Source: Promethearchaeota archaeon
GTDB lineage: Archaea; Asgardarchaeota; Lokiarchaeia; Sigyniarchaeales; SOKP01
Direction: 5' to 3'
NCBI GenBank assembly: GCA_048938855.1
Contig: JBHLLT010000005.1
Span: 32,001 to 96,000, forward strand
DNA length: 64,000 bases
Shown here: piece after piece, positions 18,798-29,302 of the stretch
How the letters are laid out: each line of letters begins with the position of its first letter
Position numbering within the stretch: the stretch's first letter is position 1
The notes under the pieces: generated by a model
Told to the model about the DNA's origin: nothing
Databases searched by the model: none
Seen by the model: the letters and a program-made list of their open reading frames with translations, nothing else
Translations under genes and position numbers: made by a program

Positions 18798-18926
18798 GTA
18801 GATTATAATTAATCTTGATGATTAGATTACATTTGTTATATTATTCTAATTAGTCTTAAGAAAAAGAATAAAATTTTTATAAAATAATCCTATATTTAAA
18901 ATCCCGTATAACATAGAAAATCCTAA

Positions 18927-19946
18927 TTGGTGAGTTTCATTTCTCAAACAATTTTAAAATTAGAAAATGTTTCTAAGAAGTTTGGAAATTTAACAGCTGT
19001 TAACAATATAAGTATAGAAGTTAAAAAAGGTGAAGTAATTGGATTTGTTGGGCCAAATGGAGCTGGTAAAACCACAACATTAAAATTAATTGCGAGACTA
19101 ATCAGACCAACTTCTGGAGAAATTTACATATTAAACAACCAGGATAAATTACAAAATCTTAAAGAAAAATTCGAAAATCTTGTCGATATGGGTTTCTTGA
19201 TAGATATTCCTCATTTTTACAATTCAACACCTTATCAATTATTAAAATATGTTGGAAATCTTAAGAATTATCCTAAAAAGAAATTAAAACTAAGAATTGA
19301 TCAATTATTGACATCCTTTAATTTAATTAGATGGAAATATAAGAAGGTCAAAAATTTCTCCAAAGGAATGAATCAGAAATTAGGGTTTATCGCAGCAATT
19401 ATTCATGATCCTGAAATTATAATATTAGATGAACCTCAAACTGGATTAGATCCTATTGCTCGAATTAATGTACGAAAGAATATAAAAGAACTTCAAAAAA
19501 ATGGAAAAACTATATTTATTTCTTCTCATATGTTATTTGAAATTACTGAAGTTTGTGATAAAATTGCATTAATAAATGAAGGCTCAATTATTGCATTTGA
19601 TACTTTAGAAAATCTAGAGAATTTACTTGTGACTAAGGAAATTGTCTGTGAACTTTCAAAACCAATCACAATAGAAAAAAAAGACTCAATAATAACAAAA
19701 CTCGTTCAACATCTTGAACCGTACTTAGATATAACAATTTCAGAAAATCCTGTTATATATAATCCACAAGAGAAGAAAATCATTATCTATTATAATGGTA
19801 AACAGGAATCAAGATCTGAGATATTAAACATTTTAATTAATGAATTTAAATCAGAATTTGCTATTGATTCATTCTCTAAACCAAAAACGTCTCAACTAGA
19901 GAAATTATATACTCAATTAATAAATGGAAATAAAAAAAAAACATAA
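18927..19946 (+). CDS. ABC-2 type transporter ATP-binding protein
   Basis: GPNGAGKTT, FSKGM, ILDEP, SSH. Confidence 0.93.
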   Translation: MVSFISQTILKLENVSKKFGNLTAVNNISIEVKKGEVIGFVGPNGAGKTTTLKLIARLIRPTSGEIYILNNQDKLQNLKEKFENLVDMGFLIDIPHFYNSTPYQLLKYVGNLKNYPKKKLKLRIDQLLTSFNLIRWKYKKVKNFSKGMNQKLGFIAAIIHDPEIIILDEPQTGLDPIARINVRKNIKELQKNGKTIFISSHMLFEITEVCDKIALINEGSIIAFDTLENLENLLVTKEIVCELSKPITIEKKDSIITKLVQHLEPYLDITISENPVIYNPQEKKIIIYYNGKQESRSEILNILINEFKSEFAIDSFSKPKTSQLEKLYTQLINGNKKKT

Positions 19947-19961
19947 ATAAAGTGTGTAAAA

Positions 19962-20762
19962 ATGGATTTATTAAATAATTTATATTTTGAAATAAAACCT
20001 ATTTTTCATACTTTCACTTTTGAAATAAGACTACAATTGAAAAAATTTGTTATCTTTTCAGGAATATCTATTCTTATATTATTCTTAGATCAATTTATAA
20101 GAACTATCCAAACACAGTTTTTAGATGATCAATTTTACTTCTATAAATATGGATTGGGTCCTTTTACTTTAATTATTAGTTTTGCTGTTTCTTTTTTATT
20201 TGGTGGTATTATTTGTTCTGAGTTTAAAAATAAGACAGGTTTAGAAATTATACCTTTAATTCATAGATATAAATTAATTCTCGGAAAATATCTTGCAAAT
20301 TCACTATTAGTTATTGGTATTATTTCAGTTTATTATTTAACTATGGCTCTTTTTGCTTATTATTTCTTTGCTGGGCCGCTACTCAAAACTTTATTATATA
20401 GTTTTAGTTTTGCAGTATTATATGCTTTAGCATTAGGTAGCATTGCGACTTTTTTAAGTTCTTTTTTACGATCAATCATACCCATAATTTTAATAATTGT
20501 AGGATATACTTTCATAGGAGATTTAATTATTACATCTATTATTAGAGGCATTAATAACCAGTTAGAACCATTATTTTCTTTCGATTATCTTTTTAATATA
20601 GTAGAGAATATTTTATATCCCAATTTCACTCAGTGGAATAGACTTAGTCCTTCCGGAATTTGGATGTTTCCAAGTATTGAAGGAGCATTAATTATATTAT
20701 CGCTTTACATTGTATCATTTCTTGTTTTAAGTATTTTATTATTTAAACGTAGGGAATTTTAA
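19962..20762 (+). CDS. ABC-2 type transporter permease
   Basis: About six TM helices, EFKNKT..LGKY, ends FKRREF; follows the ATPase. Confidence 0.88.
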   Translation: MDLLNNLYFEIKPIFHTFTFEIRLQLKKFVIFSGISILILFLDQFIRTIQTQFLDDQFYFYKYGLGPFTLIISFAVSFLFGGIICSEFKNKTGLEIIPLIHRYKLILGKYLANSLLVIGIISVYYLTMALFAYYFFAGPLLKTLLYSFSFAVLYALALGSIATFLSSFLRSIIPIILIIVGYTFIGDLIITSIIRGINNQLEPLFSFDYLFNIVENILYPNFTQWNRLSPSGIWMFPSIEGALIILSLYIVSFLVLSILLFKRREF

Positions 20763-20809
20763 TATTAAAAAAATGAAAATTGAATTGATAAATAAAATGG
20801 GATAAATAA

Positions 20810-21781
20810 ATGATAGAAAAAAAATGGATAGCTCCAAAAATGATTATTATTTTGATAATTATAATTCCATTAATAAATCTCATCTTAATTTCTGTAGTAC
20901 ATGCTGATACACCCTACTTAAATGATTTGGAAATCGGCACACAATTATTACAAGTTAAAAAATATGATGTTGAAACTTGGAAAAACACGGTAGATAACGA
21001 ATCAACTCCTAGTGATTGGTTTGGGGGAGATGCCGATAAAATTGGAGCTAAGAGTAAAATTACACTAAATGTTTTTTTTGATAGGAATGTAACTGCAAAT
21101 TCTTTGTTTGCAAGTGTGGTAATTCCACAAAATTATTTACCAATTTATGAATTAATTAGAGATTATGGATATGGTGAAAATTATATTGAAAACCATTATC
21201 CGAATGTATATGAAGTCTGGAGTTATTATTCTAGTTTCTGGAGATTTACAACTAAAGAATTCAAATGGAATGCAATTAGCAAATATTCATATATCTTTAA
21301 ATTTCCCCAAGATGCTTCATCACTATTAAACGATTATAATAATTTTTCTGGAATAATAAATAATGATACTGTGCTACAGTCATTAAATTACTCTTTACCA
21401 ATTCTCAGTGGAGATGATATAGTTTTACAATTAATAACTAAAAGACTTGCAGTAGGTAATCCGAAAAATCAATATATATCTTCATTTATAAATGCTGTTG
21501 GATGCATAAACGCAACAATTCAAGGCAATTCTCTCATTTTGCAAAGATATGGAGAAAAAAGTTATTCTGTTGAAGCAACTTACAAAACTCAAGGCTTTCT
21601 CGATAATATTATTGTTAAGGACTCAGAGGGTTATATTTTTTATAAAATTTCAAGTCTTTATCCAAAAGTCATATTTTACATTCTTATAGGAATAATTTCT
21701 ATTTCCATTTTAGGAGTAGTTACTGTTCTAATTATCAGGAAATACAAGCTAGAAAAATATTTTAAACAAAATAGAGAATAA
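20810..21781 (+). CDS. Cell-surface protein with signal peptide and C-terminal TM anchor
   Basis: Hydrophobic N-terminus ending VHA; C-terminal TM followed by basic tail. Confidence 0.7.
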   Translation: MIEKKWIAPKMIIILIIIIPLINLILISVVHADTPYLNDLEIGTQLLQVKKYDVETWKNTVDNESTPSDWFGGDADKIGAKSKITLNVFFDRNVTANSLFASVVIPQNYLPIYELIRDYGYGENYIENHYPNVYEVWSYYSSFWRFTTKEFKWNAISKYSYIFKFPQDASSLLNDYNNFSGIINNDTVLQSLNYSLPILSGDDIVLQLITKRLAVGNPKNQYISSFINAVGCINATIQGNSLILQRYGEKSYSVEATYKTQGFLDNIIVKDSEGYIFYKISSLYPKVIFYILIGIISISILGVVTVLIIRKYKLEKYFKQNRE

Positions 21782-21861
21782 ATAGAACATATAATATTAT
21801 TTCATGGAATTGGACCTTCTGGGTATCTGAGTGGTAATAATCAAGAATAAATATATAAAAA

Positions 21862-21889
21862 TTCGATCTTTAAGATCGAAATCTTTTTT
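21862..21889. terminator. Inverted repeat plus T-run between convergent genes
   Basis: ttcgatctt-t-aagatcgaa followed by atctttttt. Confidence 0.5.
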
Positions 21890-21913
21890 GTTAATAATAC
21901 TAATGAGTGCCGT

Positions 21914-23419
21914 TTAATGATGAATGGGGCGACCTTTTTTATGGATAGACGTCCCTACTACCGCTTCGCTACCTTCCAGAACCATTTCTGATATGGTGGG
22001 GTGACTATGTATGGTTTCCCCAATATCATGAATGGTTAATCCATGTTGCATTGCTAATGCAATTTCAGCTATCAATTCAGGGGCTTCGGCTCCAATACAT
22101 GAGGCTCCAAGAATTTTATAGGTAGTTTTATCTGCAAGAACCATTATGAAACCTTCTTCTTCTCCCATACATTTAGCTTTACCAAGAGATTGATATGGAA
22201 ACTGCCCCATTAATACATCAAAACCTAAATTTTTTGCCACTTTCCTTCTATATCCAACAGATCCTATATTCGGAGAAGTAAATATTGTAGCAGGGACAAC
22301 TTTATAGTCCGTCTTCATTTCATCTACAGGAAATCCACCAATACTACTTAAAGCATTTGCTACAGCAACATCACCTTCGTAACTTGCTACATGGGCTAGC
22401 ATAATCCCTCCTGTAACATCCCCTATAGCATATATTCCTTTAGTTGCTGTTTCTAAAGTATTTGGCTTTACTTTAATGGCACCTCTATCTGTTTCAATAC
22501 CTAAATTCTCGAGTCCTATACTTTTGGATTCTTTACAGCGCCCTATCGAGACTAAACATAAATCAGCTTCAAATAATTGTTTTTCAGCATTTTCTACTTG
22601 ATCTCGTGGAACCTCTGCAGAACAGGTAGTAGCTTTCACACCATTTCCTGTATTTTCCACAGATAATACATTTTTTGAGGTGTGAATTTCGATACCCAGA
22701 TTTTCAAATTTTTTCTGCAGTACTTTTACAATCATTGGTTCTTCAGTAGCAATAGGAGAAGAAAGATATTCCAATAAAGTAACCTTACTACCAAAAGTAG
22801 CAAAAATATTAGCAAATTCACAACCAATGACTCCCGCTCCTATTATCAATAATTGTTCTGGTACTGTCTTAAAATTAGGATCTAAGATATCATCACTCGT
22901 TAATATTCTTTTATGATCGATATTGAAAGCTGGAATTAGTGCCGGAGATGAACCAGTAGCAATTATCACTCGTTTTGCTTTAATATTTACACTTTTTTCA
23001 CCTTCAACTGAAATTTCAAACTCTGTATCAATATTTCCTCCAATTATTTTCCCAAATCCATGATAAATATCATTCTTCCAACTCCTCTCCAAAGCTTCGA
23101 TTCCCTCTACCAATTCTTTAACAACTTTATTTTTCCGTTCCACTGCTTTTGAAAAAGATAATTTAAAATCCGATACTTCTAGTCCAAATTCATCAGCTTT
23201 CTTGATTTTTTCAATTAAATGAGCTGAAGCAAATAAAGCTTTTGTGGGAATACATCCTCTATTAAGACATGTACCTCCTAGTTTATCTTTCTCAATTAAT
23301 GCAACTTTTGCACCATATTGGGCAGCTCTAATAGCTCCATGATAACCACCAGGACCAGCTCCAATAATTGCTAAATCGTATAGTTTATCACTCATTTTAT
23401 CATCAATTATTTTTATCAA
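21914..23419 (-). CDS. lpdA: Dihydrolipoamide dehydrogenase
   Basis: GAGPGGY, GGTCLNRGCIPTK, GAGVIGCE, HPTISE. Confidence 0.95.
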   Translation of the reverse strand: MIKIIDDKMSDKLYDLAIIGAGPGGYHGAIRAAQYGAKVALIEKDKLGGTCLNRGCIPTKALFASAHLIEKIKKADEFGLEVSDFKLSFSKAVERKNKVVKELVEGIEALERSWKNDIYHGFGKIIGGNIDTEFEISVEGEKSVNIKAKRVIIATGSSPALIPAFNIDHKRILTSDDILDPNFKTVPEQLLIIGAGVIGCEFANIFATFGSKVTLLEYLSSPIATEEPMIVKVLQKKFENLGIEIHTSKNVLSVENTGNGVKATTCSAEVPRDQVENAEKQLFEADLCLVSIGRCKESKSIGLENLGIETDRGAIKVKPNTLETATKGIYAIGDVTGGIMLAHVASYEGDVAVANALSSIGGFPVDEMKTDYKVVPATIFTSPNIGSVGYRRKVAKNLGFDVLMGQFPYQSLGKAKCMGEEEGFIMVLADKTTYKILGASCIGAEAPELIAEIALAMQHGLTIHDIGETIHSHPTISEMVLEGSEAVVGTSIHKKGRPIHH

Positions 23420-23785
23420 ATGAGGTTATGAAATAAAATTTTAACGATTAATATTTAATTTAAATTCTTCTATGTAAGTAAAAATATTCAAAATATTAAT
23501 TTTTTTTTAAAAAATAAATAATTCATTTATCGATATTAGTCATTGATATGATTGCAAAACGTACATCATATCATTTGATCCCTAACACTGTATAAATAAA
23601 TTTGAGATTAGGGATAATAGATCTACAAGTATTTAAAAAAACATTATTATATATAATAACGTCTCAAAAGATTTTCTCTTTCTTTCTTTTATGGTATGGA
23701 TTAATAAACGAATTATCATAATTTAATAGTAAAGCTAACATTTTTTTTATTGAATTGATTCAAAACTCATTATATTCTCATAAAA

Positions 23786-24205
23786 ATGGACATAATTGAT
23801 CAAAAAATATTAGAACTCCTTGAAGAAAATAGTCGATTGTCATTCAATGAGATCTCTGAAAAAATAAATAAAACAGAAGCAACTGTTAGGAGAAGAGTAA
23901 AAAGGCTCAAAGATGAGGGAATAATTCAAAAATTTACAATTGAGTATGATATCGATACGGGTCAGAAATTATCCGCAACTATTAAAATTGAGCCTGATTT
24001 TAAAGATATTAAAAGAATTGTGAAAGAACTATCAAATATTGAAGAGATTTCTAATATTTGGAGGTTATCAGGTGATTGTGGTTTACTTTTAAAAGTTGAT
24101 ATTATCTCTATTGATAGATTCAACCCATTAATTGAGGATAAAATATCACAAATAGCTGGAATAAAGATTATCGAGACGTGTATTATTACTGATATTATTA
24201 AGTAA
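23786..24205 (+). CDS. Lrp/AsnC family regulator
   Basis: MDIIDQKILELLEENSRLSFNEIS..TVRRRVKRLKDEGII plus RAM domain. Confidence 0.92.
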   Translation: MDIIDQKILELLEENSRLSFNEISEKINKTEATVRRRVKRLKDEGIIQKFTIEYDIDTGQKLSATIKIEPDFKDIKRIVKELSNIEEISNIWRLSGDCGLLLKVDIISIDRFNPLIEDKISQIAGIKIIETCIITDIIK

Positions 24206-24417
24206 TGAATATTGAATCTTTTTTATATATCTTAAAAATTATAATTTGAATATCACTTTTTAATAATATAAAGGAGAAACAGTTTAATATACATAAAGAA
24301 CACAAAAAATAAATAATATTAACAATAAGAATCTTTGAAATTTAATTCAAAGAAAAAAGTATTTAAGGATAATAAAAGATAATTTAGAAAAAGGAATGGG
24401 TTTCGATCTAAGATAAG

Positions 24418-24957
24418 GTGTTAAAGATAGAAGAGAAGCAAGCATTTAAATTATGCATTTTCGGTGCAGGGGGAGTTGGTAAGACAACGCTAATAAGACG
24501 ATTTGTAACAAAAGTATTCGAGGAAGATATAAAGATGACAATTGGAGCGGATTTTAGCATAAAAAATTTAACGCTTGATGAAGGTACTGTTACACTTCGA
24601 ATTTGGGATTTTGCAGGAGAAGAACGTTTCAGAGTGCTTTTACCTAGTTTTGCTAAGGGTGCTAAAGGTGGTATTTTCATGTTCGATACGACAAGGTATT
24701 CAAGTATCAAAGATATTGATGACTGGCTTTCTATCTTTGAATATTTTGGTTCTGAGTCAAAAACAAAAATACCAATCATTATGGTTGGGGGTAAGGTAGA
24801 TCTTAGAGATAAAAAATCTATAGAAACCGAAGAAGCTATGGAATTATCGAATAGATATGGGCTATCTGGTTATTTTGAGTGTTCATCTAAAACTGGGGAA
24901 AATATAGAGGAAATTTTTGAGTTTATTACTCGTAAGATGATTGAACATTCCAAGTAA
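24418..24957 (+). CDS. Rab/Ras-like small GTPase
   Basis: GAGGVGKT, TIGADF, WDFAGEERF, GGKVD, ECSSK; no CAAX. Confidence 0.93.
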   Translation: MLKIEEKQAFKLCIFGAGGVGKTTLIRRFVTKVFEEDIKMTIGADFSIKNLTLDEGTVTLRIWDFAGEERFRVLLPSFAKGAKGGIFMFDTTRYSSIKDIDDWLSIFEYFGSESKTKIPIIMVGGKVDLRDKKSIETEEAMELSNRYGLSGYFECSSKTGENIEEIFEFITRKMIEHSK

Positions 24958-25005
24958 AAGGATGGAATATCCATGAAAATTTAATATTATCTGTTATAAA
25001 ATTCA

Positions 25006-25536
25006 TTACGTTCTTTTAATAACTTTGACTAAACCTTTTTTTCTCAGCTCTTCCATCATTTTTTCTATTTCTTTTCGACTTATTTGTGCTATTTCTGCAA
25101 CTTGCTCAATTGTATTCATTCCATCACAAACTTTTAATACTTTAAACTGGTCTTTATTAAGCATTCCCAATTGTACAGCCATAGGTGAAACTTCCTTAAC
25201 TACAATTGGGATTCTAACTTCAGATCCTTCTTGAAGAGCTTCGGCACCAATTTCTTCTGTGCTTGGTGATTCTCCAAAAAATGATTTAACACCAGTTACA
25301 TCAAAATTATCATTAATATAGACATAAACAGTATGTTCTTGCCCAGAACGGTCATCAATGTCTTCTGGATCAGGATTAGGATTTGAATGTTTAAATTCCT
25401 TAGCATAAATCCCCATTTTTAAGCCATCGATGATTTCGTCCTTATCTACTCGTAAAGAAACCATATCCTCGCATATATCGCACCATGCCCATGCTTCTAT
25501 TAATGAGAAATACTTCTTGACTTTGTTTTCTGGCAT
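25006..25536 (-). CDS. Hypothetical protein with CxxC/His region and C-terminal winged helix
   Basis: WCDIC, two His; CDGMNTIEQVAEIAQISRKEIEKMMEELRKKGLV. Confidence 0.7.
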   Translation of the reverse strand: MPENKVKKYFSLIEAWAWCDICEDMVSLRVDKDEIIDGLKMGIYAKEFKHSNPNPDPEDIDDRSGQEHTVYVYINDNFDVTGVKSFFGESPSTEEIGAEALQEGSEVRIPIVVKEVSPMAVQLGMLNKDQFKVLKVCDGMNTIEQVAEIAQISRKEIEKMMEELRKKGLVKVIKRT

Positions 25537-25799
25537 CTTAGATCTCTTTATACTATTAATATTATTATATGCAAATAATGGTGTGTATCCATTTAAAATT
25601 TAATTTGCATGTTTGTTCTATAATGAATAAATCAATTTAAATCAACCAGTAAATAATTCATTAAGACTTATTTTTATTCTAATAAGAGCTAGTTCAAAAC
25701 CATAAATAATTAAAGTTATAACTTATTCTATTATCTAATTTTAAATTATGTTTATTAATTTAAATCTAAATTTAATCTAAGATTGCAAGTGATATATCA

Positions 25800-25976
25800 A
25801 TGTCAACGTACAAACGGAATGTCTGTTTTGGTTGTGGCAGACCAATAACTCCTTATGAAGCAGCAGTTCATTTTCCATGTCCTTCATGCGGAGACGTAAC
25901 AATATGGAGATGCGAACGCTGCAGGGAAATGGGAAAAGAGTATCGTTGTTTGAAATGTGACTTTTCAGGACCTTAA
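25800..25976 (+). CDS. Small double Zn-finger protein (DUF1610/HVO_2753-like), below ORF-track cutoff
   Basis: MSTYKRNVCFGCGRPITPYEAAVHFPCPSCGDVTIWRCERCREMGKEYRCLKCDFSGP; usual position upstream of aEF-1beta. Confidence 0.92.
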   Translation: MSTYKRNVCFGCGRPITPYEAAVHFPCPSCGDVTIWRCERCREMGKEYRCLKCDFSGP

Positions 25977-26001
25977 ATTTAATATTAGAGGTGGTTTGAT
26001 A

Positions 26002-26268
26002 ATGGGAGATTTTGTTGCTATGATTGATATTGTGCCTGAAGATACAGATATAAACTTTGAAGTTTTTGTAGGGAAACTAAAGAATGTATTACCCGAAACT
26101 TGTCTAATTGAACATTATGACATATTACCCGTTGCATTTGGATTAAAAAAAGCTAGATTAAGAGTTAGATATCCAGAAGAATGGGGCGGAACTGATAAAC
26201 TTGAAGAATTATTTAAGCAAGTTGAAGGTATACAAGGTATTGAAGGGATAGCTTTTTCAAAAGCATGA
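26002..26268 (+). CDS. ef1b: Elongation factor 1-beta
   Basis: MGDFVAMIDIVPE..PVAFGLK..GGTDKLEE; ATG 26002 after GAGGTGG. Confidence 0.9.
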   Translation: MGDFVAMIDIVPEDTDINFEVFVGKLKNVLPETCLIEHYDILPVAFGLKKARLRVRYPEEWGGTDKLEELFKQVEGIQGIEGIAFSKA

Positions 26269-26302
26269 AAAGAACAATATAACAATATTTTAATTAATTG
26301 TT

Positions 26303-28168
26303 TTAATTAATTCTTTTAAATAACTTATCTAATTCTTTATACGAGAAAAATCTCATTGTAGGTCTTCCATGAGCACAATGAAAGGAATCTTTACACTTAG
26401 CTAATTGGATTAGTAATTCACGAATATCTTTTAAGGAGAGATCATCTCCTCCTCTAATACTTTTATGACATGATAAATAATTAATGATCTCCTCCTTAGC
26501 TTCCGCAAAACTTTTATCTTTACCAATTTCAGAAATATCACTTACAATTTCCTTTATAATATTGATATTTGGAACCTTCCTCATTATTACGGGAATATCT
26601 CTTATAATGAAGGTGTTCCCGCCAAAATATTCAAAGGTAAAACCCAATTTAAGGATTTCATTTAGATTTGACTCTAAGAATATCTTTTCACTAGGTGTAA
26701 CTTCGATCTTTAATGGAGAAATTAGTTTTTGTTTATTTTGTTTTAAATTTTCATATTCCCTAAGAAACTTCTCTTTATTAATTCGTTCTGAAGCAGCGTG
26801 TTGATCCAAAATAAATAATCCCTCTTCATCATTCTCATTAGTTCCCTCAAGCACAACATATATTTTGTTATTTAACTGGCCTGTACTAGATATTAATCGT
26901 AATTTAGGGAAATTTTCAGAAATTATATACTTCCTTCTTAAAAAGGATTCAGGCAAATTCTTTTTAGCGTCAATTTCTCTAATTTCCTCATCGTCTAAAC
27001 TAAGTTGTACTCTTTCTTCAGAAAAACTCAAATTGTTCTGGGATGACTTCTCTATTATTTTTTCTATAGTTTGAGGTTCGTTTAATGGTTCTTTTAAGTC
27101 ATTTTCTTGTCTATCTGTTTCTGGGATAAAATCTTCTAATTCAGTTGATATAAATTTAGCTTCCTTGAATATGAATTTATCTTGAACAATACTCTGAATT
27201 ACATTATAGACTTTATTATATATAGCATCTTCCCTTTCGAACCTCACATAAAGTTTTTTAGGATGTACATTAAAATCTATTACAGAAGGATCAAGATCAA
27301 GAAAGATAATAAAAAACGGATATTTGCTTACCATTAATGTTCCTTCATATGCTTCACTTATCGCCCTAAATAATGCATCACTTATGATATAGCGTCGATT
27401 TATAAATAAACTTGAATAAGATCTGTTTTTTTTAGCAATTTGGGGATGTCCAAGCAACCCATATATCCTAAATTGATCATTTTCATCCCTATAATCAAAA
27501 GGTTCCATAAATTTAGCAATTTTTTTCCCATAGATGTGAAATACAGTGGTTTTTAAATCGTTTGAAGCAGGGCAATTGAGTATATCTAAATCATTGTGAC
27601 GATAAATAAAATGAAGTTCTGGGTAAGACAAAGAATATCTCTGAATAATATCTGTTATGTGACTCAATTCAGTAGCATCAGTTTTAAGAAACTTTTGTCT
27701 GGCGGGAAGGTTGTAAAAAAGATTAGAAACCTGAATTTTCGTACCAATCGGACAAGAAACTTTTTTCTTATCTACGATTTTTCCACCCTCAATCAATAAT
27801 TGAACTCCTTTCTCTTCATCTTTAACTCTAGAAGTAATATCCACCTTACTTACCGCTGCAATACTAGCCAACGCTTCTCCCCTAAAACCTAGGGTAGAGA
27901 GGTTTTCTAAATCCATAATACTTCTAATTTTACTGCTTGTATGTCGTTCAAAAGCTAATTCAAGGTCTTCAGATGGGATTCCAAAGCCATTATCAATTAC
28001 TTGGATAAAAGATTTACCAGCTCTTTTTACAATTACTCTAATCTCATTTGCGTTAGCATCAATACTATTCTCAATAAGTTCCTTTACAATATTAGCAGGT
28101 CTATCAACTACTTCTCCTGCTGCTATCTTCTCAGCATCAATTATTTTTTTAATTTTTCTTTCATTCAA
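26303..28168 (-). CDS. mutL: DNA mismatch repair endonuclease MutL
   Basis: IAAGEVV, KELIENSIDA, GFRGEALAS, DFNVHPKK, DQHAASE, CAHGRP. Confidence 0.96.
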   Translation of the reverse strand: MNERKIKKIIDAEKIAAGEVVDRPANIVKELIENSIDANANEIRVIVKRAGKSFIQVIDNGFGIPSEDLELAFERHTSSKIRSIMDLENLSTLGFRGEALASIAAVSKVDITSRVKDEEKGVQLLIEGGKIVDKKKVSCPIGTKIQVSNLFYNLPARQKFLKTDATELSHITDIIQRYSLSYPELHFIYRHNDLDILNCPASNDLKTTVFHIYGKKIAKFMEPFDYRDENDQFRIYGLLGHPQIAKKNRSYSSLFINRRYIISDALFRAISEAYEGTLMVSKYPFFIIFLDLDPSVIDFNVHPKKLYVRFEREDAIYNKVYNVIQSIVQDKFIFKEAKFISTELEDFIPETDRQENDLKEPLNEPQTIEKIIEKSSQNNLSFSEERVQLSLDDEEIREIDAKKNLPESFLRRKYIISENFPKLRLISSTGQLNNKIYVVLEGTNENDEEGLFILDQHAASERINKEKFLREYENLKQNKQKLISPLKIEVTPSEKIFLESNLNEILKLGFTFEYFGGNTFIIRDIPVIMRKVPNINIIKEIVSDISEIGKDKSFAEAKEEIINYLSCHKSIRGGDDLSLKDIRELLIQLAKCKDSFHCAHGRPTMRFFSYKELDKLFKRIN

Positions 28169-28375
28169 TGTAACTATCTAATTTTCAATCGTTAATCCAT
28201 AGATTGTTTAAGAATATTAAGCTAATATAATTCTCATTGCAATCAAATTTAAAATAATACACTATTAAAGTTTAAATAATTTTAGATTGAGATCGTCTTT
28301 CTTTATCTATTTTATTGAAAGTAAGTCTTTTAAATTTCCTTTAATACTTTATTATAATTCTATTATTTGTGAATT

Positions 28376-29302
28376 ATGAGCATTCAAGATTTATCGAACC
28401 AAGAGGAAAAATCCTCTTTTCAAGTGTATATCATTTGTATTTTTATAACCATCACAATTATCCTCATTGAATTAAGAATCTTCCTATATTTCTTTGAGAT
28501 TTCTGAATGGATGCAAAGCACTAAAGATATTGATTTTTATATCCTTAATGAAGGTATGGACAATGGTTTAATTAATTTCTATAACGATATTCTCATTTCA
28601 AATTGGCCACCCTACTATCTATATTTCTGGTATTTTATATTTTATCCGATTTATTTAATTCCTCCCGTAATTGGTGTTTATGTTTGGGATATTCTACGAT
28701 TAGTTTTAGTAATTCTTATTATCAGAAAATCACCAAAAGTATTTAAAAATAGAAAAGATTTATTAATTTTTTATATTCTGAGTATGGTCGGCTATAGTAT
28801 TGATGCATACTATAATAATGTTAATTTTTTGATAGCCTTCTTCTTATTTTATTCATTTGTATTTTTGGAAAAAAATAAAAAATGGATTTCTGGAATATTA
28901 TTTACCCTATCAACATTTAAAATAACAGCATTATTGTTTCTTCCAGTTCTACTCATTGTTAAAAAGATAAAATGGAAAGAATTAATTTACTATTTAACTC
29001 CTCTAATAATCTTATGCATTCCTTACATCATTTTTCCCGATTACTTCTGGCAAATGGTTGGAAATTGGTTTCACAGGGATGAAACAGTTCAAGGCCTTTT
29101 TGGAAGTTTCGATTCAATTATGTGGAAGGCTTTACAGCCCTCGCATTTGATGTTCATATCACTGTTATTAATAATATTTTTAGAGAATATAAAACGGGAG
29201 GATCGAAGAAATTTATACCGGTTTTTTCTTGTATCTTTTATTACAGTATATTACATTTATTTAACTACAATAGTTTTTATAATACCCGTTGTTTTTGGTT
29301 AG
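28376..29302 (+). CDS. Polytopic membrane protein, GT-C/GT87-like glycosyltransferase
   Basis: DF after first TM, PPYYL, NNVN, GILF..TFK pattern, many TM helices. Confidence 0.55.
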   Translation: MSIQDLSNQEEKSSFQVYIICIFITITIILIELRIFLYFFEISEWMQSTKDIDFYILNEGMDNGLINFYNDILISNWPPYYLYFWYFIFYPIYLIPPVIGVYVWDILRLVLVILIIRKSPKVFKNRKDLLIFYILSMVGYSIDAYYNNVNFLIAFFLFYSFVFLEKNKKWISGILFTLSTFKITALLFLPVLLIVKKIKWKELIYYLTPLIILCIPYIIFPDYFWQMVGNWFHRDETVQGLFGSFDSIMWKALQPSHLMFISLLLIIFLENIKREDRRNLYRFFLVSFITVYYIYLTTIVFIIPVVFG

